64,000 nucleotides of DNA. Origin: Candidatus Aenigmatarchaeota archaeon. Lineage in GTDB: Archaea > Aenigmatarchaeota > Aenigmatarchaeia > QMZP01. Numbering within the stretch: position 1 is the first letter of the stretch; the number at the start of each line of letters is the position of its first letter. The stretch covers positions 1 to 64,000 of the forward strand of contig JBDRSV010000010.1 of assembly GCA_043824495.1 (NCBI GenBank), given 5' to 3'. A program made the position numbers and the translations under genes. The notes below the pieces were generated by a model. The model saw only the letters and a program-made list of their open reading frames with translations, searched no databases and was not told where the DNA came from. Positions 37,624-49,173 of the stretch are shown here, piece by piece.

Positions 37624-38445
37624 TTATTCCTCTAATCCTAGTTGAAAAAACGGTCTCATAAATTCAGTCAAAGCGTATTTTTTTTCATTCGCATCGACAA
37701 CGAAAAGAGACCCATAATCATCAGAGTATAATCTATCCCAAGGCTCTGTGCATCTCCTCATCATAACTTTTGCTATTGCATAATATGCTAAATCGAGAAC
37801 ATCAGCTCCTTTAGAGTTGTATTCGGTTTTTAATTCTTGCTGAAGAGCAATTTCATCATCCATTTCTCCATCAATCGAGTATATGAAAGAATTGACACCT
37901 TTACGCCAAACAGAAAGAACGTCTTTTTTATCAAATTCATAAAGAGCTTCTAGGAGCGCGGATTCATATTCCCCTACCAACTGTCTCACGCGATGATTTT
38001 TCATCCAACCATCTTGAAGAATTTCAGCTACATCTGGCCTTTCTGTATAAAAAGTTCCAGCAGAATTTAGATCTATTATAAGTCCCTCGCTCATTACTAC
38101 AGGGGTTACTAAAGTAGAAGGACTAGTATCTATCAAAGAAATTGAACCTCTTGCAATTTCTCTGGCTCCTTGTAGAAATGCTAAATGCATCATCGTTTCT
38201 TTTCTAAGCCATGTTGGTCCTAATACACCCATCATGGTTTGTGGATCGTCTCCGTCAAAATAACAACCATCATTTAGAAGTACTCTTCTAAGAAATTCGC
38301 TCTTAGGAAAATTATCGAGTATCCATTCTACTCTTTCATCCATAGCTACAACTTTGTCCATTAAAGCTTCAGCTACGTCGTCGGTTGTACCTCCTGGTAG
38401 ATCTAGCATAATTGGATACTTAGCTAAAAACTTATCTCTGTCCAT
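37624..38445 (-). CDS. Hypothetical protein
   Basis: 273-aa acidic ORF, no motif recognised. Confidence 0.65.
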   Translation of the reverse strand: MDRDKFLAKYPIMLDLPGGTTDDVAEALMDKVVAMDERVEWILDNFPKSEFLRRVLLNDGCYFDGDDPQTMMGVLGPTWLRKETMMHLAFLQGAREIARGSISLIDTSPSTLVTPVVMSEGLIIDLNSAGTFYTERPDVAEILQDGWMKNHRVRQLVGEYESALLEALYEFDKKDVLSVWRKGVNSFIYSIDGEMDDEIALQQELKTEYNSKGADVLDLAYYAIAKVMMRRCTEPWDRLYSDDYGSLFVVDANEKKYALTEFMRPFFQLGLEE

Positions 38446-38477
38446 ATCAGAAAATTAAAACTAACTTTTATAAACGC

Positions 38478-38597
38478 TTATTCCTTCTTGATTTTCTTAA
38501 CATTTATACTTCTACAATTAGGACAAAGTCGTGTAGCTGGTTCCATGAATAATGGTTTTCCAGTCCATCCACAACTTTCACATTCATATTTAGCCAT
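38478..38597 (-). CDS. 39-aa zinc-ribbon protein (missed by the ORF track)
   Basis: MAKYECESCGWTGKPLFMEPATRLCPNCRSINVKKIKKE. Confidence 0.7.
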   Translation of the reverse strand: MAKYECESCGWTGKPLFMEPATRLCPNCRSINVKKIKKE

Positions 38598-38626
38598 ATA
38601 TATCACTAGATTGTAATTTTTATAAA

Positions 38627-39952
38627 TCAACCACTCATACCGAATTGTTTAGCAATGTTTGCAAGAGGTCCACGCTTCAAGCCTTTTCCACCCTTTGTCA
38701 TCTTCATAATTTTCTTAGATTGCTTGTAGTGCTTTAGGAGATCGCGAACTTCAGATTCTGATATTCCTGATCCCTTTGCTATTCTTTGTATTCTCTGTGC
38801 CTTGATTAAATCAGGCTCTCTTTTCTCTTTAGGAGTCATTGATTGTATAGCAAATTCCCATTTCTTCATTTTTTCTTCTTGAACATCAAGCATACCCTTT
38901 GGTATCTTCATCTTGCTTGCGCCTGGGATCATTTCCATGATACCGGATAAAGAGCCCATTTTCTTAACAGATTTGATCTGATCAAAGAATTCCTCTAAAG
39001 TGAACTCTCCTTCAAGCATTTTCTTTGCAGTTTCGCTATCAACACCAAGTTCCTTTGCTTTATCAAGCAATCCCTGTATATCTCCATAACCAATAAGCTT
39101 GGATACGAATCTCTTAGGATCATATACCTGGAAATCATCGGTTTTCTCTCCTAGACCAATAAACTTGATCTTAGCTCCTGAAACAGATGTAGCTACTAGA
39201 GCTCCACCACCTTTAGCTGTACCATCGAGCTTGCTAACGATTACACCTGTAATACCTACAAGTTTTGTGAATTCTTCGCTCTGTCTCCTAGCTGCTTGAC
39301 CTATATCAGCTGGTATAACTAGGATGACCTCGTCTGGCTTGATTATATCGCTCAGATTCTTGAGTTCTTTGGCTAGATCTTTGTCTAGAGCGTCTCTACC
39401 TGCAGAATCAAAGATGATTACATCGTCCTTACTCTTCTCCAGGGCTTTCTTGGCTATATCCTCGGGCTTTTTACCCTCTCTATAAACAGGGACTTCGAGT
39501 TTATCTCCCAATTGGTTGAGCTGGTCTTGAGCAGCTGCTCTGTGTGTATCACAAGCAACCAAACCCGGTTTCAAACCTCTAACCTTAAACCACTTGGCTA
39601 GCTTGCCTATGGTTGTGGTTTTTCCTGAACCGAAAAGGCCAATAACAAGGATTTTCTGTTTTTTGAGCTCTATTTCACCTTTTTCTTCACCTAAAAAGCT
39701 AACAAGCTCGTCATATAAAATTTTGACAAAATGCTCTTTCAGAGTCATTCCTACTGGAGGTTTCTCATCTAGAACTTTCTTCTTAATTTTTGTAGATAAT
39801 TCAGAAACTAGGGCTACGTCTACGTCTGCTAGTAGTAATGCTCTTTGTAAATCCTTAACAATTTCCTCTACAGCAGCCTTATCCACGATACCTAAGCCTG
39901 TGATTCTCTTGAGTGTGCCTTTCAAAGATGAACCTAGATTTTCTAAGACCAT
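38627..39952 (-). CDS. srp54: Signal recognition particle protein SRP54
   Basis: GLFGSGKTTT, DSAGR, KLDGTAKGGGAL motifs and an M-domain. Confidence 0.96.
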   Translation of the reverse strand: MVLENLGSSLKGTLKRITGLGIVDKAAVEEIVKDLQRALLLADVDVALVSELSTKIKKKVLDEKPPVGMTLKEHFVKILYDELVSFLGEEKGEIELKKQKILVIGLFGSGKTTTIGKLAKWFKVRGLKPGLVACDTHRAAAQDQLNQLGDKLEVPVYREGKKPEDIAKKALEKSKDDVIIFDSAGRDALDKDLAKELKNLSDIIKPDEVILVIPADIGQAARRQSEEFTKLVGITGVIVSKLDGTAKGGGALVATSVSGAKIKFIGLGEKTDDFQVYDPKRFVSKLIGYGDIQGLLDKAKELGVDSETAKKMLEGEFTLEEFFDQIKSVKKMGSLSGIMEMIPGASKMKIPKGMLDVQEEKMKKWEFAIQSMTPKEKREPDLIKAQRIQRIAKGSGISESEVRDLLKHYKQSKKIMKMTKGGKGLKRGPLANIAKQFGMSG

Positions 39953-40001
39953 ATATAATCCTGTCTATGCTTATTTAAAAAGGCTAAAATAAGAGTAAAA
40001 G

Positions 40002-40760
40002 CTATTCAGCGAGCTCGAAGCTTGCTTCTCCGCCGTTCTTGTTAATATCTCTTACTATGTTCTTGCTAACTTCTGTTACTTTGGCTTCAATTTCTTTGTA
40101 GTTTCCACCAGTTCCCTGAAGAGTGTACCTAGGAGCTGATACATACTTGATCGTCAATTCATCATCTTTGATTTTAGATAAAACATCCTTGATTATGTTT
40201 ATGCCATTTGGTTTGTAACAGACTATATTCAAAATAGATGTAACTATGTAGGTTTTACTTCCTCTGTTCTTTTTAGCTACTTCCTCTATGAATGATAACC
40301 ATTCACTCTTAATTTTTTTAGTCTTCAAAAGATCAGGATTTTTCACAGCCATTTCAAAAGCTTTTGTGAGAGAACCAAATCCGTCCTGTAGATCATAACC
40401 AATTTCATCATATGCTTGATCCAATGTTTTATTCATTTTCTTTGCAATAATCTCAAGCATTTTCTCTGCTTTTCTTTCTCTTTTGAATTCATTCAGCTTG
40501 CTGTTTACCTGTTCTTTATGAACCCTCTTAATAGATAGGTTTATACCGTCTTTATCAACTCCCATTACCTTACAAACAACATACTGATTTTCTTTTAAGA
40601 AATCTCTAATGTTTCTTACCCATTTGCTTGCAACTTCAGAAACCTGGATCAATCCAGTTTTATTATACTCTACGAGATTTGCTATAGCAGAATTAGGATG
40701 GATTTTTAATATTTTACAGACTACAATTTCGTTGAATTGTGGACTTCCACTCTTCTTCAT
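40002..40760 (-). CDS. eif2a: Translation initiation factor 2 alpha subunit
   Basis: S1 domain ([11 protein letters not shown]), DLS.KRV-like and YVSAPRY motifs. Confidence 0.93.
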   Translation of the reverse strand: MKKSGSPQFNEIVVCKILKIHPNSAIANLVEYNKTGLIQVSEVASKWVRNIRDFLKENQYVVCKVMGVDKDGINLSIKRVHKEQVNSKLNEFKRERKAEKMLEIIAKKMNKTLDQAYDEIGYDLQDGFGSLTKAFEMAVKNPDLLKTKKIKSEWLSFIEEVAKKNRGSKTYIVTSILNIVCYKPNGINIIKDVLSKIKDDELTIKYVSAPRYTLQGTGGNYKEIEAKVTEVSKNIVRDINKNGGEASFELAE

Positions 40761-40921
40761 TTAGCTTCTCCTAGTACCGTGGCTAAGATTTTAGCTTTAC
40801 CGCCTGTTGGTTCTGCAAGTGTCTTACCACAAACCAAACACTTCACTTCTGAAGATGGTTTTTCAAATATCACTTGTTCATTTTTGCATTCACACTTAAC
40901 CTTCAAAAATTTACCTGTCAT
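40757..40921 (-). CDS. rps27e: 30S ribosomal protein S27e (missed by the ORF track)
   Basis: [45 protein letters not shown]. Confidence 0.93.
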   Translation of the reverse strand: MTGKFLKVKCECKNEQVIFEKPSSEVKCLVCGKTLAEPTGGKAKILATVLGEAK

Positions 40922-40923
40922 AA

Positions 40924-41319
40924 TTATCCTTCCCCTTTTACGTAATTACTATAATTTCCGATCTCACCATCCACAAATGAATGATGAGGTAGGGTGTCTC
41001 CGTCATTCCCATATATGAAATGACCGAAGTCCATATCTCTAAATTTCATCACTCTGTTTTCAGGTCCTAATTCAGTCTGCAATATCTTGTAATCATGAAT
41101 TTCGGAATCTAATATTCTCAATGATTCGTTTTCCCCATCCAAAACGGATATGACACCGTTGCCATACCCTGAGACCATATAAATTTCTGGGAACATATTA
41201 ACCCCGTCCCAGTTTCTAATACGGGAAGTTGGTATTATCAAAGCTCCTATTCGAATATTATCCATGGATAGCATTTCTAATTCTTTGCCCCTGACCTGAT
41301 ATCCTGCAAACATAATCAC
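40924..41319 (-). CDS. Hypothetical protein between rpl44e and rps27e
   Basis: 131-aa ORF abutting both neighbours. Confidence 0.6.
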   Translation of the reverse strand: MIMFAGYQVRGKELEMLSMDNIRIGALIIPTSRIRNWDGVNMFPEIYMVSGYGNGVISVLDGENESLRILDSEIHDYKILQTELGPENRVMKFRDMDFGHFIYGNDGDTLPHHSFVDGEIGNYSNYVKGEG

Positions 41320-41607
41320 CTACGTTAATTCTAACTTTTTTACTCTGAAACCCTTCTTGGTGTGCATTTTCTTACATTCATTACACTTGAATCTTAAATC
41401 AACCTTTTGTGTAGGTTTTTTAGCTACAGCAGGTTTTGAATATTTACCATGACCACCATATCCCCTCTTGATTCTGTCTTTTCTTTTGTTGCTTTGTGAG
41501 TTAGGGTGAGCAGTTCCTCTACCTCTTTGCTTTCCCTGTTTCACTACGTGTTCTGTGTGTTTCTTGCACTTTGGGCAATATGTGTTTACATTCTTTGGAT
41601 ACTTCAT
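41320..41607 (-). CDS. rpl44e: 50S ribosomal protein L44e
   Basis: TYCPKCKKHT, GYGG and RFKCNEC motifs. Confidence 0.95.
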   Translation of the reverse strand: MKYPKNVNTYCPKCKKHTEHVVKQGKQRGRGTAHPNSQSNKRKDRIKRGYGGHGKYSKPAVAKKPTQKVDLRFKCNECKKMHTKKGFRVKKLELT

Positions 41608-41668
41608 ACTATCACTTCTAATATCTGTTATTAAGAGATATTTATATATAAAAAGATATGTGCAGGGC

Positions 41669-42178
41669 CTAAATATCCATTTTTCTGGCTATTTTCTTAT
41701 CTATTAATAGATTTGCATTCTCTTCAGGTATGTTAGCAACATCCCCTTTCCTGAATGGGCCATAATTCTCCATATCTATACCAACAAATTCGGGTAAATC
41801 ATCAAGTAATGCTATAGATCCTAATTTTCTAGGTTCTCCCTCTGTCGATACCTTTCTCTTTTTCTGAAAATCTTTTATATTTTTCACAACAATTTCGAAG
41901 AACTCTTGTTCTTCTGATGTCATATTATCTGAAATTACACCAGATCTTATGAAAGATAAGCTAAGAGAAAGAAGCTTTCTCTCCCTCACTTCCAATAAAT
42001 CTTGAACTATTCTTTTTATAGATTCAAGCTCCCACACTTCTTCTTTTCCTGAGATTTTAGATTTATTTTCTATATAACTCTTTACATCAGTAAAGAAGCC
42101 TTCTGGAAGACTTGTTAGGCTTTTTGCAGCCTTTTCATCATTTACGATTTTCATTATTGTTTCGTACGTTAGAAGCAT
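41669..42178 (-). CDS. GINS complex protein (Gins51-like)
   Basis: LTSLPEGFF, R.RKL and FVGIDMENYGPFRKGDVA motifs; next to the primase. Confidence 0.85.
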   Translation of the reverse strand: MLLTYETIMKIVNDEKAAKSLTSLPEGFFTDVKSYIENKSKISGKEEVWELESIKRIVQDLLEVRERKLLSLSLSFIRSGVISDNMTSEEQEFFEIVVKNIKDFQKKRKVSTEGEPRKLGSIALLDDLPEFVGIDMENYGPFRKGDVANIPEENANLLIDKKIARKMDI

Positions 42179-43451
42179 ATTTTCTCCTCTTTTTAATTGG
42201 CGTTGCTTTTTTAATAGAGTAATTTACAGGATTTTTAATTGTTTTCTTGTGGCCTCCACATTGCGAATCTGGTTTACATACCCCAAAGTCAGTGTACCAT
42301 CCCTTATATTCACAGTTTGGTGGAAGTAATATCTTATTTCTGTTTTTATGCCATCTTACCTGCATTCTTATGTAATTCTCATTGATTGGTGGATTATTCT
42401 TTGTGTTCCACTCAAAAATCTTAGCTTCTATTTCTTCCCAGCTCCACTTCAGCGAAGAGAAGAAATTTATCAGTGTGAAAACAGATCGCTTTTTCCCATC
42501 AGATAAACCATTCAGAATATTATGAATGCATGGTGGAGCAAAGTCCAAAGGAATTTTTTTAGTTATCTGAGCTCTTTGTACTAGCTCTTTTGTTTTTTGT
42601 TTTTCATATTTAGAGCTCCAATCAATTGCCTCTGCGACTAAAACTTGGGCTTCGTTTTCTTTTTTATGAATTAGAAAGTTTTCTTTTACTTTTATTTTAG
42701 CTGGATCAGCTGTTTCTCTTTTGAATCCTGGAAGATCATGAACTGAGAGTGGTAAAGAAAAGAATCCGCTTGTTTTGTGTAGAGAATATGGCATGCGAAC
42801 TAAATGTCTAGGTGAAATCATTACAGGATCAACGTCAACTATTTCATATGGTTTCAGTTCCTCGCCATCCAATATTTCTTCTTTACTTTTTCCTGTTTTT
42901 TCTACGAGTTCTTCTATAGAAAAACTCTTTAAAATAGCGTCTCTAAGAATGTCTTTTGTAAAATCTTTCAAATAAGAAACTATGCTTCTAGGCAAATCTG
43001 GATACATTTCAACTGTTGGTTTGTAGTCTATTTTATCAGGAATTGCTTCCCATGGAATACCCAGATGAAATCCTTTATTTCCAGAGAATTTAATAGAAGG
43101 AATGATACCATGTTTTTTCAATACTTGAACAAAAACTAAAGCGCCTATTTTTCCATGCTCAAAGTCCTTACAATCGAGATCAAGTAATAGGTCCCATCCA
43201 GATCTCATTTTTGAATAATTGTCAGTTTTTAGAGCCATTGGATTTGACCATCTTTCAATAGAATAGTGAAATTCAACTACACCCGATCTAGCCATGGATA
43301 CAATATCTTTTGGGTATCTGATTGTGTTGGGTCTTGTTCCAAATCCCCCATTCCTGAAAACACCCACAACTTCTCTGCCTTCAGCTGATTTCAGCATAGC
43401 TTGTTGTACATCATCTCTAGAATAGTATTCATAGATCTTTCCAAGATTCAT
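42138..43451 (-). CDS. Fused DNA primase PriS-PriL
   Basis: WDLLLDLD and SGNKGFH (PriS) followed by APPCI...LPPNC...CKPD..C (PriL Fe-S domain). Confidence 0.88.
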   Translation of the reverse strand: MNLGKIYEYYSRDDVQQAMLKSAEGREVVGVFRNGGFGTRPNTIRYPKDIVSMARSGVVEFHYSIERWSNPMALKTDNYSKMRSGWDLLLDLDCKDFEHGKIGALVFVQVLKKHGIIPSIKFSGNKGFHLGIPWEAIPDKIDYKPTVEMYPDLPRSIVSYLKDFTKDILRDAILKSFSIEELVEKTGKSKEEILDGEELKPYEIVDVDPVMISPRHLVRMPYSLHKTSGFFSLPLSVHDLPGFKRETADPAKIKVKENFLIHKKENEAQVLVAEAIDWSSKYEKQKTKELVQRAQITKKIPLDFAPPCIHNILNGLSDGKKRSVFTLINFFSSLKWSWEEIEAKIFEWNTKNNPPINENYIRMQVRWHKNRNKILLPPNCEYKGWYTDFGVCKPDSQCGGHKKTIKNPVNYSIKKATPIKKRRKYASNVRNNNENRK

Positions 43452-43483
43452 GTAGAAAAATTGTAATAAAGAAATAAAAGAGC

Positions 43484-44647
43484 TTATTTTCTGAAAATCA
43501 TGAAGACAAGTCCAGATATTACAATAAAGGTTATAATTGCATATACGTACATGCTTTGCACTCCAATCAAATCTGCAGTTATACCAAATACAAATAGTAG
43601 AGCAGCTAGTAAAGGCTGCTTTGTGAAACTAGATATTGATAAAATAGTGGTTCTGTTATTTGATTTTATATTCTTATTTATCTCGTCCTCGAGAACTATT
43701 CTATTAAATCCTTCAGCAAATCTAGTTATAATCACAGCTATGATAATTATTAATCCAAATCCAAATGCCTGGCCTAAGAAGCTGAGTAGAATCAAACCAA
43801 AGCCCAAAAATAAGAGGCCCTTGAATCCGATATGTTTTTCTAATCTGTGAATTGTCTCTCCGCCTAATCCCATAACTACTCGCATAATAGCGTATATAAC
43901 ACCGAAATAAATAACACTTAGGCCTGAGATTAGAAGTAATGGTTGTGTAAATGTAGCACTCATGAAAATGAAAGAAGCTACAATCGTATTCACCAATAAA
44001 GCAAATAATAATTTTTTATTTGAACCAATTTCTTTGAAAGATTCGAGTAATTTCTTATTGTAAAGGGAAAGAGTATCTTTCTGTTTCTTCAGTTTTGTAG
44101 GTTCAACAAAAAGTGATGCAGATATGAAAGATCCTACAAAAAAGAAAATTCCTATCAAGAAAGGAAGTTTAGTATCAATCACATAAATTACAGGAATGGT
44201 AAGCAGAACAAGCGCATTTATGACATGAGAATATAGCACAACCCGTCCATTGAATTTCTTAAATTCTGATGTTCTTTTCAGTTTAACTAGAGTGTCATAA
44301 AGTAGAGCATTCCTGGTTCCTGTTACAAAGGCTCCTGCAATGCCATATGCGAGGGCTGCTAGCAAGAAATAAGCAAAAGAATCTCCTATGAAATAGAGAA
44401 ACATTGTTAATGCACCGAAAACTGAATGAAGAAGAAGGGATTTTTTCTTTCCATGTAAATCAGCGAAAACTCCTCCATGAAGTTCTGTGCTTAGAACAAC
44501 AACAGCTGTAACAGCTAATAATATTCCTATTTGTGTATAGTTCAGGTTGTTTAATAAAAAATATATAATAATTATAGGCATCGAGACTCTTTTTATCAAA
44601 GCGCTGTATACGTAGAGTAACGGTATATTCCTATAATAATTAACCAT
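43484..44647 (-). CDS. MFS transporter
   Basis: About 12 TM, G.FADLHGKKKS motif. Confidence 0.9.
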   Translation of the reverse strand: MVNYYRNIPLLYVYSALIKRVSMPIIIIYFLLNNLNYTQIGILLAVTAVVVLSTELHGGVFADLHGKKKSLLLHSVFGALTMFLYFIGDSFAYFLLAALAYGIAGAFVTGTRNALLYDTLVKLKRTSEFKKFNGRVVLYSHVINALVLLTIPVIYVIDTKLPFLIGIFFFVGSFISASLFVEPTKLKKQKDTLSLYNKKLLESFKEIGSNKKLLFALLVNTIVASFIFMSATFTQPLLLISGLSVIYFGVIYAIMRVVMGLGGETIHRLEKHIGFKGLLFLGFGLILLSFLGQAFGFGLIIIIAVIITRFAEGFNRIVLEDEINKNIKSNNRTTILSISSFTKQPLLAALLFVFGITADLIGVQSMYVYAIITFIVISGLVFMIFRK

Positions 44648-44677
44648 AACATAGGTTTGGTTCTCTGAAAATAAAAA

Positions 44678-44995
44678 CTACTTGTGAGCTAATCCAAATA
44701 GTATGGAGTAAACCCCTTTCAGTATTACAATTATTCCGATGTATAGGAAGAAGTGGAAATGCATGCCTGTGAATACTAAATACAAGAATATTCCTGCAAC
44801 AAGATCAAACACTCCTAGAAGATCAAAGTAGAATCCAGCGCCTGCTGCTGTTAATATTGAATATACTCCTTTCAAAATAGCTATGATGAATAAGAAGAAT
44901 ATGAGAGAATTTCCAGTGAAATCAATAATTCCACTAAGGGCTAACGTGAATCCTAACAATAAGTCCAATAATCCTAGTATCATCAGTACAGCCAT
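44678..44995 (-). CDS. Small 4-TM hypothetical protein
   Basis: Internal duplication GLLDLL.G...KGVYSIL. Confidence 0.7.
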   Translation of the reverse strand: MAVLMILGLLDLLLGFTLALSGIIDFTGNSLIFFLFIIAILKGVYSILTAAGAGFYFDLLGVFDLVAGIFLYLVFTGMHFHFFLYIGIIVILKGVYSILFGLAHK

Positions 44996-45025
44996 AACTG
45001 TGTTTTAACAGAAGTATTAATAAGT

Positions 45026-45703
45026 TTACCTGTGATTGTAAGCATCAACAAGTGCTATACTCTGAGTAACACGAGATCCTAGTCTTTTATGTAAAGGAAC
45101 AGGAAAATCATCATCTCCGAATGCGTGATACATGCCGCCTGTGTGGAATTGGGAATCAACTCGAATAATTTCACTAGCTTGAATGTTTTCTCTCTCTTCT
45201 TGGAAAGCTGGATCATCTAGAGGATTGTCACCGATAATTTCAGGTCTTAACATTTCATCAAACCAAGCTGCAATTTCAGGATTTGTATAACTAGCGTCAG
45301 CAAGACTGACAAATAGAGCTCTGAAAGTTTTATAGTCTAGTCTTTCACCTATCGAATTTGAAAGATCAGGAATATTGAAAACAGGAAGAGGTAACTTTGG
45401 ATGATCTACGAAATGAACTTCTGCTCCAGTACTTCTCGCATAATCTATGGCTGCTATAACTTCGTATCCTCCATTACGTTCAATGTCTAGAACCATTTTC
45501 TCATAACCAGGATCGAGTCCATAACTTCTAATTTGTCTTGCTTTCTGATCTCTGATATTCATTATTGTCTCTCTGGCCTGTTCAGGAGAATCTCCTTTAG
45601 GAAATTCAACAGATATAACTTTAGGGCTGTATACACCTAAGAGATAACTAATTCTATTGTATCCTTCTAAGTCAATCTTATGATGTGTTCCTACTATTAT
45701 CAT
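45026..45703 (-). CDS. Hypothetical protein (possible TraB/ChaN-like fold)
   Basis: IIVGTHH, ISVEFP and GGMYH motifs only loosely suggest the fold. Confidence 0.55.
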   Translation of the reverse strand: MIIVGTHHKIDLEGYNRISYLLGVYSPKVISVEFPKGDSPEQARETIMNIRDQKARQIRSYGLDPGYEKMVLDIERNGGYEVIAAIDYARSTGAEVHFVDHPKLPLPVFNIPDLSNSIGERLDYKTFRALFVSLADASYTNPEIAAWFDEMLRPEIIGDNPLDDPAFQEERENIQASEIIRVDSQFHTGGMYHAFGDDDFPVPLHKRLGSRVTQSIALVDAYNHR

Positions 45704-45740
45704 GTGTAGCGGTACACGCGCTTACTTTTAAAGTTTATAC

Positions 45741-46259
45741 TTAATTCTTCAGAACTTTGTAATGAAGCTGAAATTCATCTTCAGAAATAATCTTAGTTTC
45801 TAGTAACTTCATTTTAATTTCAAAATCCTCATCTGCTGATATCTTAATACCATTTCCTATTAAGACAGGTTCAACATCAAAATATACTTCATCTACAAGA
45901 TTCTCCTTCAAGAAAGATGCATTTATTTTTCCTCCGCCTCCAACAAATGCGATTTTAAATCTCTTTTCTTCAAGAAGCTTCAAAACCTCTTTTGGAGATT
46001 TGTCAGTGAAAATAACATTGTCTCCCCATTTATTTTTTATTTTTTTATTTGTCATAACTACATTAAGGCGATCAGGATACGGAAAATTACCATCCTTAAC
46101 ATCACGATCAAATGTTCTTTTCCCTACAATTATATTACCTGCTTTTCTAGTCATTTCATCAAAACATTTCCAAGCGTTCTCAGAAATAAAGCTTGTATCA
46201 TCGTTCTTTGTTGCAATCATGCCATTGGCACTAATTTCCATATATAGTATTACTTTCAT
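45741..46259 (-). CDS. Dihydrofolate reductase/RibD C-terminal family protein
   Basis: [24 protein letters not shown] and PVLIGNG motifs. Confidence 0.88.
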   Translation of the reverse strand: MKVILYMEISANGMIATKNDDTSFISENAWKCFDEMTRKAGNIIVGKRTFDRDVKDGNFPYPDRLNVVMTNKKIKNKWGDNVIFTDKSPKEVLKLLEEKRFKIAFVGGGGKINASFLKENLVDEVYFDVEPVLIGNGIKISADEDFEIKMKLLETKIISEDEFQLHYKVLKN

Positions 46260-48910
46260 ACAACCTCTATACCAGGTTTCCCTGGCTCGGCTCTTAATGC
46301 TTTTAGGGCGCGAGATTCATAACCATGATGAACTTCTATTTTACATTTGAATTCTTTCTCGAGCAATCCTTTTGATTCATCTAAAGCAGTGAATTCTTCA
46401 TTTTCTGATAGAATTTCCTTCATCTTTCCTAAATCTTTTGTGAGGGTTTGAGCAAATCTTAGTGTATCCTTTCCATATTTATTGAATTTAGGATTCTTCA
46501 TTATTGTTGAAACAATTTCTTTAGGATCTTTAGATTCTAGAATTTCTTTGTGAACTTCATATTTCCATGTTGGGCTTACGTATATGATTATTTTTTCATG
46601 TTTCTTATTGACAATTTTTAGTATGTCGTATATGTCTGATTTTGTTTGTTTTACTAAATCTTCCATTTTCATTATTCTATTGTCTATGAGTTTTACATCA
46701 GCTTTAGGCCATGATTCTTGTGAAACAAATCCCTTTCCTATTTTCTCCCAAGATTCTTCCATCATGTGAGGAGCAAATGGAGAAAGTAGTATCACAAAAT
46801 TTTTCAATGCGTAACCAAGTACATTTTTATCCCCGTCAAATTTTTGTAAATCTCCAAAGAATCCCATCAAGCTTCCAACAGCTAGATTGAACTTGAAATT
46901 ATCCATGTAATCTGAAATGTCTTGTATCAGCTTGTTGGTTTTGCTTAATAATATCTTCTCTTTATTTCCAATTTTATTTACATCAAATTTACCAAATGAA
47001 AAATTATTGTCCTGTACGTAGCCATATACACGCATCAAGAATCTATAAGATCCTGCAACACCTTCATCGTTCCATTCTAGTTCTTTTTCTGGAGAAGCTA
47101 AAAAGAGCAAGAAGATGCGAGCAGTATCTATTCCATATTTTTTAGAAATATCTTCTTGACTAACAACATTACCAAATGATTTACTCATCTTCTTACCGTC
47201 TTTTATCACCATGCCCTGAGTGAATAATCTTTTGAAAGGCTCATCAACTTTAGATAAACCAAGTTCTTGGAGAACCTTTGTAATGAATCTAGCATACATA
47301 AGATGTAATATGGCGTGTTCTATTCCGCCTATATATTGATCTACTGGCATCCAATATTTTGCTTTCTCTTTGTCAAACATCGCGTTCTTAGTTGCGCCTG
47401 TATATCTAAAGAAATACCAAGAAGAATCAACGAATGTGTCCATAGTATCTGTTTCTCTTTTTGCTTTTCCACTACATTTTGGACACTTCACATCAGCAAA
47501 AGAAGCAGAAGTTTCTAAAGGGTTTCCTTTGCCAGTGAATTTAACATCTTCTGGAAGCATCACAGGAAGCTGGTTTTCAGGTACAGGAACGATTCCGCAT
47601 TTATCACAATATATGATTGGTATTGGTGTTCCCCAATATCTTTGTCTTGAAATCAGCCAATCTCGAAGCTTGTATTGAGTTGTTTTAGCTCCGAATTTCC
47701 TATCTTCCAACCAGTCAGCCATTTCAGGCAAAGCTTTCCTGTTATTCATTCCGCTGAAATGACCAGAGTCAAATAATATTCCATCGTCTGTGAATGCGTC
47801 TTTGTAATCCTTAGGGTCAATTGATTTACCTTCAGGACTGATAACAAACTTTAATGGAATTTTGTATTTCCTTGCAAATCTGAAATCTCTTTTATCGTGA
47901 GCATCACACATGACTATACCAGAACCATACATGAGAGCAAAGTTTGCAATGTAAATAGGAACTCTTTCTCCATTCACAGGATTAATTGCATATCTGCCTG
48001 TAAAGAACCCTTCTTTCTCTTTTTCTTCATTTACTCTATCTTCAACTTTCTGTTTCAACATTTTCTTTACAAACTCTTTTGCACTCTTTTCATACTTAGT
48101 TCCACCCACAAGATTTTCTATTAAAGGATGTTCAGGAGCTATTCCAAGAAATGTAACACTGTATATAGTGTCACATCTGGTTGTAAACGTAGGTAAAACA
48201 ATCTTGGAATTCTCGAGTTTGAAATGAATATCAATCCCACGACTTCTACCAATCCAGTTTCTTTGCATTGTTTTGACGTTCTCAGGCCAATCTAGCTTAT
48301 CTAAATCGTCTAAAAGTTGATCTGCATATCGGGTTGTTTTGAAGAACCACTGGCTGAGGATTTTCAACTTAACTTTGCTTTTACATCTCCAACATTTTCC
48401 TTGTTCAACTTGCTCATTAGCTAGTACAGTTTTACAATGATTACACCAATTCACTGGAGCTTCTTTTTTGTAAGCTAGTTCTTTCTTATACATCTGTAAA
48501 AATAACCACTGATTCCATTTGTAGTATTGAGGATCACATGTGGATACTTCTCTTGTCCAATCATAACTTAATCCAAGAGCCTTTTGTTGTGCTCTTATAT
48601 TGTCAATTGCTTGCAGAGTGTATTTTTTTGGGTGAGAATTGTTCTTAATTGCAGCATTCTCTGCTGGTAAACCGAGAGCATCATATCCCATTGGATATAA
48701 CACATTAAATCCTTGCATTCTCTTGAATCGAGCAAAACAATCTCCCATTGCATAATTTCTTACGTGACCCATGTGTAATCCGCTTCCAGATGGATACGGA
48801 AACATCTCAAGAACATAATATTTCTTTTTCTTAGAATCTTCTTTCACTTGAAAAATATTAGCTTTCTCCCACTTGTCTTGCCATTTCTTCTCAAGTTTTT
48901 TGAAGTCCAT
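46256..48910 (-). CDS. leuS: Leucine--tRNA ligase, bacterial-type core
   Basis: [36 protein letters not shown] and KMSKS motifs. Confidence 0.96.
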   Translation of the reverse strand: MDFKKLEKKWQDKWEKANIFQVKEDSKKKKYYVLEMFPYPSGSGLHMGHVRNYAMGDCFARFKRMQGFNVLYPMGYDALGLPAENAAIKNNSHPKKYTLQAIDNIRAQQKALGLSYDWTREVSTCDPQYYKWNQWLFLQMYKKELAYKKEAPVNWCNHCKTVLANEQVEQGKCWRCKSKVKLKILSQWFFKTTRYADQLLDDLDKLDWPENVKTMQRNWIGRSRGIDIHFKLENSKIVLPTFTTRCDTIYSVTFLGIAPEHPLIENLVGGTKYEKSAKEFVKKMLKQKVEDRVNEEKEKEGFFTGRYAINPVNGERVPIYIANFALMYGSGIVMCDAHDKRDFRFARKYKIPLKFVISPEGKSIDPKDYKDAFTDDGILFDSGHFSGMNNRKALPEMADWLEDRKFGAKTTQYKLRDWLISRQRYWGTPIPIIYCDKCGIVPVPENQLPVMLPEDVKFTGKGNPLETSASFADVKCPKCSGKAKRETDTMDTFVDSSWYFFRYTGATKNAMFDKEKAKYWMPVDQYIGGIEHAILHLMYARFITKVLQELGLSKVDEPFKRLFTQGMVIKDGKKMSKSFGNVVSQEDISKKYGIDTARIFLLFLASPEKELEWNDEGVAGSYRFLMRVYGYVQDNNFSFGKFDVNKIGNKEKILLSKTNKLIQDISDYMDNFKFNLAVGSLMGFFGDLQKFDGDKNVLGYALKNFVILLSPFAPHMMEESWEKIGKGFVSQESWPKADVKLIDNRIMKMEDLVKQTKSDIYDILKIVNKKHEKIIIYVSPTWKYEVHKEILESKDPKEIVSTIMKNPKFNKYGKDTLRFAQTLTKDLGKMKEILSENEEFTALDESKGLLEKEFKCKIEVHHGYESRALKALRAEPGKPGIEVV

Positions 48911-49002
48911 GTAAATCCTGTTATTATATTGTGTTTAGTATAATATTACTGCTTCTCCTGAGGATTTATACAATTTATATTGGAAAAAACACAAATAAAA
49001 TT

Positions 49003-49131
49003 ATGGAGAAAGCACAATCAACTAATAGTATGGTCTGGTTCGCTATAATATTCATAATAGCAGCTGCAATTGTTATCAGCTTTCAAATGGCAGATCCTGT
49101 TGGTTCTTTTCTAGCATTTCTAGGAATTTAG
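49003..49131 (+). CDS. Small membrane peptide with class-III-signal-like start
   Basis: MEKAQ followed by a hydrophobic stretch. Confidence 0.4.
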   Translation: MEKAQSTNSMVWFAIIFIIAAAIVISFQMADPVGSFLAFLGI

Positions 49132-49173
49132 CATGATATTTATTCTTTCAATGCAAATCGTTTAAAGGGTAAA

